From IMG/VR virus record IMGVR_UViG_3300032295_000430, positions 1 to 53,840 of that record: 53,840 nt of DNA. The stretch is one strand, 5' to 3'. This DNA is from a virus (taxonomy: Duplodnaviria; Caudoviricetes). The notes under the pieces were generated by a model, which ran no database searches, was not told the DNA's origin, and worked only from the letters and a program-made list of their open reading frames with translations. The translations under genes were made by a program, and so were the position numbers. Below are positions 36,215-43,800 of the stretch, piece by piece; the first letter of the stretch is position 1; each line of letters begins with the position of its first letter.

Positions 36215-36340
36215 ATGGATAACACGACAAAAGACACGATGCCCGAATGGGCGAAAGAAGTTGACTGGGCGTTTGAGCGCCGCGAGGAAGCCCGCCTTGA
36301 CGCTATGTGGGAAGCCCGTTTCGAGAAAGAGGAGGATTAA
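36215..36340 (+). CDS. small acidic protein (MDNTTKDTMPEW…; not in the ORF track)
   Basis: 41 aa; same GGAGAACTGACCATG start context. Confidence 0.65.
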   Translation: MDNTTKDTMPEWAKEVDWAFERREEARLDAMWEARFEKEED

Positions 36341-36342
36341 TC

Positions 36343-36504
36343 ATGACACGCCAATACGAAGCTTGGGAGTCTGACGGCGCTTTCCTGTTCAAGCAGTTTG
36401 CCTACGTTGCCTACGTTAAGGGCTCCTGCGGTGACGATACATGTGCGCATGGTGCGACGCCTGAAGAGGCCATCGAGAACCTGCGTGAGATGCTGGAGGA
36501 CTGA
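36343..36504 (+). CDS. HicB-like antitoxin N-terminal domain protein
   Basis: YVAYV…CAHGATPEEAIENLREML; GGAGGA RBS. Confidence 0.55.
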   Translation: MTRQYEAWESDGAFLFKQFAYVAYVKGSCGDDTCAHGATPEEAIENLREMLED

Positions 36505-36506
36505 TC

Positions 36507-36839
36507 ATGGACAGAGAAGAAGTTTTAAAACTAGATCCATGGGATCGTAGTCAGTTTTTGCGCACCATGCTACGTGAGCAGCCGAAGCTTACGAATGCCG
36601 AAATTTCCCGGCGTACTGGTTACAGCGCCGCTTGGGTTAGAGATGTACGCAGGGATGTTGAGAGGGAGCCGGAGCGCAGACGTATCTACCGCCTCAACAG
36701 GGCTGCGCCTGACCTGCTGTACGCGCTGGAGGATCTGCTGGCGGCGGTGGCCGCACATGATGGGCCAAAGTCCATCGACGAGCTGGGTGTTATTGGCCGC
36801 GCCATGACGGCCATCAAAAAAGCTAAGGGAGAAGAATGA
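36507..36839 (+). CDS. HTH plus AAPDLLYAL module protein
   Basis: TNAEISRRTGYSAAWVRDVRR. Confidence 0.7.
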   Translation: MDREEVLKLDPWDRSQFLRTMLREQPKLTNAEISRRTGYSAAWVRDVRRDVEREPERRRIYRLNRAAPDLLYALEDLLAAVAAHDGPKSIDELGVIGRAMTAIKKAKGEE

Positions 36840-37036
36840 TGCTGGCTTACTGCGACTACATTGCAGCCCTTATACGGGGCAACCTGAAGGCCAATGACGT
36901 AGACAAGCTACTGTCCAGCGTTTCAGCCCCACAGCTTCATCTGGCGGCTTCTGGAGCTTTCCTGAGCACCAAGAAGACCCTCAACGTCGAGGATCGGTAC
37001 GGCAAGAAGTACAAGGTAACAGTGGAAGAAGTGTAA
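36836..37036 (+). CDS. hypothetical protein
   Basis: Coupled; ends KYKVTVEEV. Confidence 0.7.
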   Translation: MMLAYCDYIAALIRGNLKANDVDKLLSSVSAPQLHLAASGAFLSTKKTLNVEDRYGKKYKVTVEEV

Positions 37037-37056
37037 AGCTTGAGTTAAAGTAGTAA

Positions 37057-37382
37057 TGGGGAAAGCGGATGCTGTGACGGCGCGCAGAAAGAGCCACCGG
37101 AAGCCTACGGGCGCACAGACGCAGCGAGTACCCAGCACCAAGACGCATGAGGATTGATCGGTAGGACGGTCTTGCAGGGAGGATAGGAAGCTGATGAGCT
37201 CGTCACTCAAAGGCGACCGAAAGTGGAGATACTGCAGCTACCGATACAGAGTAGGAAAGCAAACTAAGGTTGACCCCGAAGTCCTTCCCTGCCTGTAAAG
37301 CAGTCCTCAGTCGTGTTGGTGTCAGTGAATAGCCGGCAGTGGCATATTGCACACGGGCAATAGGGAATAGCTGTCACCAACA
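37057..37382 (+). ncRNA. structured non-coding RNA cluster, part 1 (loop-E hairpin plus CACCAA/TTGGTG element A)
   Basis: Multiple long helices; see findings. Confidence 0.55.
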
Positions 37383-37406
37383 TTCACCTAATTATGGAGG
37401 GAAGCC

Positions 37407-37553
37407 ATGAAATACCTGATCGCACTTTGGCTGGCAGCTACGGCCACCATGAGCTACGCAGCCTGCACCTACAACAATTACTGTGGCCCCAATGGCTGCG
37501 TGTATTGCACTACGTGCTGCTACGGTGGGAGCTGCAATACCACCTGTAACTGA
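37407..37553 (+). CDS. secreted cysteine-rich mini-protein (not in the ORF track)
   Basis: MKYLIALWLAATATMSYA-ACTYNNYCGPNGCVYCTTCCYGGSCNTTCN; GGAGG RBS; signal peptide plus 8 Cys. Confidence 0.75.
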   Translation: MKYLIALWLAATATMSYAACTYNNYCGPNGCVYCTTCCYGGSCNTTCN

Positions 37554-37566
37554 CATACAATGTCAA

Positions 37567-37756
37567 TGGAGGGGCTGTAGTGCTGGCTTCGGGGACTTTG
37601 GTCAGTTCACCCCGGCACTGCAGCCTGCTCCACCAAGACGCATGACCATTGCTGGGCGCGAACCCGGAAAGCGAACTAACCCAGAACCGGAGCCAAAGAA
37701 CACTAGGTCGCTTTGGTAGGAAGACGGGGAAAGAGTAGTGGTCAGCCGTGTTGGTG
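37567..37756 (+). ncRNA. structured non-coding RNA cluster, part 2 (long hairpin ending CCA plus element B)
   Basis: Second copy of CACCAAGACGCATGA…TCAGNCGTGTTGGTG with compensatory changes. Confidence 0.55.
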
Positions 37757-37833
37757 AAGCTCATCGGAAAGAGCGGTATGGGAAAACACGATAACCCACT
37801 CGTCTGTAGCTGGTTCGACTCCAGCCACCAACA
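37750..37833 (+). ncRNA. tRNA-like RNA lacking a canonical anticodon arm
   Basis: Acceptor GTTGGTG/CACCAAC+A; D-arm GCTC-ATCGGAAA-GAGC; T-arm GCTGG-TTCGACT-CCAGC. Confidence 0.65.
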
Positions 37834-37855
37834 ACCTAACTACAGAGGAAAAATA

Positions 37856-38041
37856 ATGGAAAACAAAGACATTCGCATCACGTTGCAATACAATCTTGAA
37901 GAGATCAATCACCTGCTGACATTACTTGGCGCTTTGCCATTCAGCCAGTCAGCCGCGTTGATTAACAACATTCAAATGCAAGCTATGCCGCAACTACCTA
38001 AAGTTGCCGAAGAGAATCAGGATCAGGCAGAGCAGCAGTAA
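37856..38041 (+). CDS. hypothetical protein
   Basis: ATG 37856, GAGGA RBS. Confidence 0.7.
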   Translation: MENKDIRITLQYNLEEINHLLTLLGALPFSQSAALINNIQMQAMPQLPKVAEENQDQAEQQ

Positions 38042-38062
38042 ACAATTGCTTAAGGGCATGAG

Positions 38063-38257
38063 ATGGACAAGGATCTGGAAACCCGCTTTGCTGTACACGA
38101 GGCCATTTGCAACGAACGAGCCGCAAAGATCTCAGACCAGCTTGAGAAGGGCGCAAACCGCATGCAGAAGATCGAGTATCTGCTGTACGGCGTAATGATC
38201 ATGGTCTTACTCGGCCCCGGAGCCGCAGCAGAGTTCCTAAAGAAGTTCTTCAGTTAA
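38063..38257 (+). CDS. small coiled-coil plus TM protein (HEAICNER; XhlA-like)
   Basis: C-terminal TM. Confidence 0.65.
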   Translation: MDKDLETRFAVHEAICNERAAKISDQLEKGANRMQKIEYLLYGVMIMVLLGPGAAAEFLKKFFS

Positions 38258-38298
38258 CGCAAAGCAACACATCAATCGAATACCTTAAGGAGGGAAAG

Positions 38299-38523
38299 AT
38301 GGCAGATCAGTTGACCGAGTTGGATCTCGTTAAAGCCAAAGTAACGCTGAATCAGGTAGCAGACGATATGTTCACCCTTGCACAAGAGGTAGACCGTTTA
38401 CTCCACGCGCTGGAGATGATCGTCGAGGTGCCGAACAATACTGCAAGCCATAACAGGGCAGTCAGTGAGATGGTAAAGATCGCCACAGAGGCGCTCAACT
38501 ACGCCGATGACGTTGCGCATTAA
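38299..38523 (+). CDS. hypothetical helical protein
   Basis: AAGGAGG RBS. Confidence 0.7.
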   Translation: MADQLTELDLVKAKVTLNQVADDMFTLAQEVDRLLHALEMIVEVPNNTASHNRAVSEMVKIATEALNYADDVAH

Positions 38524-38575
38524 TCAACCTGACATTACACTCTCAGCATCCGCAATCATTCAATAGGACTGAGAT

Positions 38576-39097
38576 ATGTCTGATCCCACCACAGTTGCCG
38601 CCGAGCAATCGAAGCCCGCAAAGAAACGCGCAGGCAGGAAGACTGAGTACGATCCCTCTATAGCAGCAGAGATATGCACAAGAATCTCATGTGGAGAATC
38701 ACTGAGACAAATATGCATGGAAGAGAGGATGCCAGTACACAGCACCATCTATCTTTGGCTGTTGCAGAATAAGCAATTCTCAGACAACTACACGAGAGCC
38801 AGAGAAGAACAGGCAGATACATTAGCTGATGATATACAAGCTATTGCTGATGAGCCGCCTGCAGAGATCGTTGATGATAAGGGCATAAGCCGCGTAGATG
38901 GTGGCTGGGTGACATGGCAGAAGAACCGCGTAGACGCCCGCAAGTGGGTGGCTGCTAAGCTCAAGCCCAAGAAGTACGGTGAGCGTCAGGTGCTGGCCGG
39001 GGATGCAGAGAACCCGCTGGAGGTAAAGGTGGAGTCCACGATCTTCGACACGTTGCTGCACAACCTTGAGCTGACTAAGCAGGCCAAGTCCAAATGA
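38576..39097 (+). CDS. terS: terminase small subunit (Sf6-like)
   Basis: GRKTEY…ICTRISCGESLRQIC…YTRARE…VDARKWVAAKLKPKKYG. Confidence 0.88.
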   Translation: MSDPTTVAAEQSKPAKKRAGRKTEYDPSIAAEICTRISCGESLRQICMEERMPVHSTIYLWLLQNKQFSDNYTRAREEQADTLADDIQAIADEPPAEIVDDKGISRVDGGWVTWQKNRVDARKWVAAKLKPKKYGERQVLAGDAENPLEVKVESTIFDTLLHNLELTKQAKSK

Positions 39098-39199
39098 TCG
39101 AGGGTTTCTTCCTTGGCTTCATCTGTGGCTTTGCCGTGTGGGCTGCAATCATCCGGCTATCTTTGGCTTATGGCTTCATTCGTTATCGGGGGCAGGGGG

Positions 39200-39385
39200 A
39201 TGACTAAGGTAGATGCTGAGCGTGAGCGTATTGCTCTAATGGTCGAGCAAATGGGCATATTGGGCTACGGTACGCTGGCGATTGCCGCCGCTATACGCTG
39301 TGGCGTCAAGATGCCTGATATTGAAAAGATACATTCTCCGGCTGACAGGCGCAAACTCGCCAATAGCCCGTGGAGCGCTCCCTGA
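39200..39385 (+). CDS. hypothetical AERERIA…IAAAIR protein
   Basis: Stop overlaps the terL ATG. Confidence 0.55.
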   Translation: MTKVDAERERIALMVEQMGILGYGTLAIAAAIRCGVKMPDIEKIHSPADRRKLANSPWSAP

Positions 39386-40821
39386 TGGGTGACATTGCTG
39401 AGCTCCTGCGCGACCCTGAGCTCCGCCAGCAATACGTCAAGCTGCCCGCTACCTACCGCGCTGCTTTCGAGTGGCGCTCCCTCTGGCTCACAAAGGCTCA
39501 CGCCCATCAAGTCCGCCCGCCGGGTGATTGGTGGGACATCTGGCTGATGCTGGCTGGCCGGGGCGCAGGCAAGACCCGAACCGCCGCTGAAGAGCTCGGC
39601 TGGTGGGCATGGGATAACCCCGGCACCCGCTGGGTGGTGGCCGCGCCTACCTCGTCTGACGTTCGCTCGACCTGCTTTGAGGGCGACTCCGGCCTGCTCT
39701 CAGTCATCCCTAGTGTGCTGATCAAGGACTACAACAAGGCGCTGCATGAGCTCATGCTGGTCAATGGGAGTCTGATCAAGGGCATCCCGGCATCCGAGCC
39801 TGAGCGCTTCCGAGGCCCGCAGTTCCATGGTGGCTGGTGTGACGAGCTGGCTGCATGGGAGTACCTGCAAGAGTCATGGGACATGATGCAGTTCGGCCTG
39901 CGTCTGGGTAAGAAGGTCAGGCTGATCTGCACCACGACCCCGAGGCCGAAGGATCTGATCGTGGAGCTGGTAGGCCGGGAGGGCGACGATGTGGTGATCA
40001 CCCGCGCTTCGACGTATGCCAACATCGACAACCTCGCCGACAACTTCCGTAAGCAGATCCTGCAATACGAGGGCACCAGCCTTGGCCGGCAGGAGATCGA
40101 GGCCGAGCTGATCGACCCTGAAGAGTCTGGCATGGTCAAGCGGGAGATGTTCCGCCTGTGGCCTCCGAACAAGCCCTTCCCTAAGTTTGAGTTCATCCTG
40201 CAAAGCTATGACTGCGCGTACACGGAAAAGACTGTCAACGACCCGACGGCTGCAACGACTTGGGGAGTGTTTAAACCCGAGGACGGCCCCATGGGCGTCA
40301 TGCTCATCGATGCATGGCAGGATCGGCTTCAGTACCCGGATCTACGTCCGAAGGTTATTGAGGAATACAAAGTCTCATACGGCGCTGACCCCGAGGAAGA
40401 GGGCAGAGGAAACTTCACCGGCGGCAAGAAGGTGGATCTTGTTCTTATTGAGGACAAGGCGGCTGGCATATCCCTGATACAGGACTTGCAGCGTGCCCAC
40501 CTGCCAGTGCGTGCATACAATCCCGGCAGGGCTGACAAGATCCAGCGCCTGTCCATCGTGGCAAACATCATTGCGCACCGCCGTGTGTACATCCCTGAGA
40601 GCTCAATCAAGAGGGGCTATGTGAGAGACTGGGCTGAAGGCTTTGTGAGTCAGATCTGCTCTTTCCCCGAGTCAACACACGATGACTATGTGGACAGTTG
40701 CACACAGGCTCTGCGATACTTACGCGATGCGGGCTGGCTTGACATTGACCCGAAGCCTGTGGATGACGACGACGACTACGTCGAGCCGAGCCGGAAGCGC
40801 TCTAACCCTTACGCGACCTGA
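39385..40821 (+). CDS. terL: terminase large subunit
   Basis: AGRGAGKT Walker A; GWCDE Walker B; TTTP; QSYD, IEDKAAG and HDDYVD nuclease motifs. Confidence 0.95.
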   Translation: MGDIAELLRDPELRQQYVKLPATYRAAFEWRSLWLTKAHAHQVRPPGDWWDIWLMLAGRGAGKTRTAAEELGWWAWDNPGTRWVVAAPTSSDVRSTCFEGDSGLLSVIPSVLIKDYNKALHELMLVNGSLIKGIPASEPERFRGPQFHGGWCDELAAWEYLQESWDMMQFGLRLGKKVRLICTTTPRPKDLIVELVGREGDDVVITRASTYANIDNLADNFRKQILQYEGTSLGRQEIEAELIDPEESGMVKREMFRLWPPNKPFPKFEFILQSYDCAYTEKTVNDPTAATTWGVFKPEDGPMGVMLIDAWQDRLQYPDLRPKVIEEYKVSYGADPEEEGRGNFTGGKKVDLVLIEDKAAGISLIQDLQRAHLPVRAYNPGRADKIQRLSIVANIIAHRRVYIPESSIKRGYVRDWAEGFVSQICSFPESTHDDYVDSCTQALRYLRDAGWLDIDPKPVDDDDDYVEPSRKRSNPYAT

Positions 40822-40823
40822 TC

Positions 40824-43800
40824 ATGCCTAGCCCAAAAGACATTAAGAACCTACTCAAAGCAACCCAAGGCACGAAGGCCGGCAAGGCAGCGGATCTGGA
40901 GGAGTTGCTGGCGACGCTGCCCAAGGGCACCAAGGCGCAGCAGCTTGAGGCTGAGCTGATGTTCAAGCGGCTGGCTGAAGAGCAGGCGGCACGGTATGCC
41001 GCTCACACGCCACCGACCGAGCAGGGTAATGCCGCGCTGTCTGAGGCCAAGAAGGCGCTGAAAAAGAAGCAGGCTCCTGCCGTCATCATCCCCAGCAAGA
41101 TCTCAAACGTCCAGAAGGCTATCCGCGAAAGCAAGGGGTCGTTCGGTGCTAAGCGTGTGCAGCGGGCTGCTGATGAGATCAAGAACCTTGAAAGGCTGTA
41201 TACCGAAGAGGCGCTAAAAAAAGCGTTCGGCGGCGATAACGCCAAAGCCTTGATGACTATGAACCCGGAGGATTTTGAGAGATTTGCAATTCCGCTGGTT
41301 ATGCAAGAAAAAGGGTGGCCGGGTTCTGGGCCTAGGAAAGAAACCCTTCCAACACGGGAATACATCAATTATTTATCGGGCATTGATGAATTTCATGATG
41401 TCCCATTCCTTGAAATAAATAAACAACGACAAGGCTTGCCTTTAATACCTTTTGTCTCTGGGCATGAGGGGCGTCATCGTAATCGGGCGCTAGCTCAACG
41501 TGATGAGCCTGCTGGCTTAGTTCAATTTCTGCCCCGTGCTGAGTTGCGTGAGCCCTTCCCCCGTAGAGACCAAGAGGAATATCTGGAGGCGCTGAGGAAT
41601 GAACTGGAGATGACTGGCAACATGGTCTTGCCTGAGCGATACCTTGAAGATGGGGATGTCTACATCAAACGCCCAGAGATTAAACTGCCAGACATCTACG
41701 CCGAGGGTGGTGGCGTGCACATGGCCGGTGGTGGCAAAGCACTCAAGGCGCTGAAAGGTGCTGGCAAGGCGGCAGACGCCACGCAGGATGTCCAGTCGAT
41801 AGTGAGTGCCGGCAAGCCACTGACAGCCGCTGAGCGTGCCATGGTGGGCAAGCTTGCTGAGGAATACACCGCTAATCAGCCCGTCACCAGATTGTCTGAG
41901 GCGCTTGGCAACGTAGGCGCTGAGGGCAAGAACCTCCGGGTTACGCAAACCGACCGCACAAGCGCTCGGAACTTGGGTGGTGCCCCGTTCTCCATGATGC
42001 AGAAGGTTGACCCTCGTTACGCACAGGCCAAGGCAACGTGGGGCGTTAAGACGCCGGGTGCGGCCAAGAACATTACCAACCAGTCAGATGCGGATGTCAT
42101 ATGGTCTACCCTGATTGGATCAAAGACACAACACCGGTCTAACGAGCTGATTTTTGACAAGCTGTACAAGGCTTTCCAGAAGTCGGCCAAGGAAGGCAAC
42201 CTAAGCACAGAGTTGCGTACTAAGTTCAATGCGGCACTGGAGCCCATCTTTGGCGAGGGCGCTGACATTCTTGACCCGAAGCTTCGCAAAGAGATTGACA
42301 CGTTTGAGAAGCGGGCAATTGTCGGCAACCTGTTGTTGGGCAAGGACATTGGTGGCGCACAGCGTGGTGGCTCAATCATCCCCGGCATGAAGATCATGGC
42401 CGAGACTACTGAGCCGATGCTCAAAAACGCTGAGACGTTCTCTATCGGCCCACGCTTGTTTACATTGGATCAGGGTGTGATTACCCGCCCCGACCTGCAT
42501 CCTGCGTTCCCTGAGATATTGACGGGCGAGGATCTGAATCAGCTATTCATACCTGTCCCCAATCGTATTGCTCTGCCTACGTTCAATGAAGAGTTCAGGG
42601 CTAGGACAGGGCGCAAGAAGCCGTCATATTACGACCTGACGATGACGCCAGAAGGTGACCCGTACCCAACGCAGTTCGTTGACGAAGATTACCTAAACTT
42701 CCTCCAGAAGGAAGGCTACGCCGATGGCGGTGCTGTACACATGGCAGGCGGTGGTGATGCGGGCGAGGTGTCTGGCGATATGTTCAAACCTAAGCCGCTG
42801 ACAATTCCCTCCCCGCTGACTGACATGGTTGATGCAATCAGGCGGCAGTTCGGCAAAGAGAAGCGCTCGATGAGCAAGCCCGGAGCCGCGACAGACGTTC
42901 TGCTGCGTGGCCCCGTTGCGTTTGCTGCTGGCACGCCGATGGATCTGGTGGAGATGGCTGGTCAAGGTATTGACTATCTGCAGACAAGAATCCCCGGCCT
43001 GCGCACAAACGCTTCCGTAATGGATGAGCCAAGGTCTGTAGTGGACAAGCGCACACCAGACACAAATTACGAACCAAGGTTTAAATTTGCCCCAGAGCCA
43101 AAGGTGCAACCTAGCCTTCCGTTTGATGCAAGCCGATACATTCAGACAAGCGACCCGAAGCTGCGTGCTTTTATAAATAAGCGTCAAAAAGAAATAAATT
43201 CTGGCCTGCAACTTCCAATCGTTGAAGAGGCTCGGATGCCTTACGGTACAGAAGACTTCCAAAACAAGCTGCGTCAATCCGGCCTGACCACGGATGAAGA
43301 GCGCCCGCTGTTTGAGATTGGCACTGCGATTGCGTCCCCGTTTGCCGCACAGAAGGCGCTGAAGTACGGCAAGGCAGGCGCTCAGGCGCTGGCACCTACG
43401 TTCTCAGACATCTTGGAGACGCAGCTTCAAAACGTGACTGCCCCGATGCGTATGAGCATAGTTCCTGAAGGCGGCACTGTTGGCGGCAAGCTCAAAGCCC
43501 CGGCTAATGACATTGGCTTCTACAACCCCGTTGAGAAGGCGGCACTGAATGTGCAGCGTAAGAAGGGGCCGGGATCTGCGTTTGTATCCGACCTGAAGAA
43601 ACAGCCGGGTGTGAATGACGAGCGCCTTGCTGAGCTTGGCCTGAGCGACCTAGCATCCCGTCCTAATGTGACGAGGGAAGAGGTGCTGGCCGCTGCTCAG
43701 CAGAACCGCATACCGTTGCGTGAGACTGTCCTTAAAGAGGGTAAGGAGAGTCTGGAAGAGCTTAGCGACAACATATATCAGCTCAAAGATGACATGTCCT

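Noticed and set aside
37186-37288. Hammerhead-ribozyme-like core: CTGATGA (37191-37197), GAAA (37219-37222), and GTC followed by CTTCC able to pair with GGAAG
   Set aside because: Stem III cannot form after the first GAAA. The alternative register (AGC-AAAC) lacks the catalytic G12, and a stronger competing helix GCAGGGA/TCCCTGC exists. Not called without an Infernal hit or cleavage assay.
37750-37833. Functional decoding tRNA gene
   Set aside because: No 5-bp stem/7-nt loop anticodon arm can be drawn; reported as tRNA-like instead
37483-37855. Track ORFs 37483..37719 and the 5' extension of 37748..38041
   Set aside because: They overlap the Cys-rich ORF and the structured RNAs; better starts with RBS exist at 37407 and 37856
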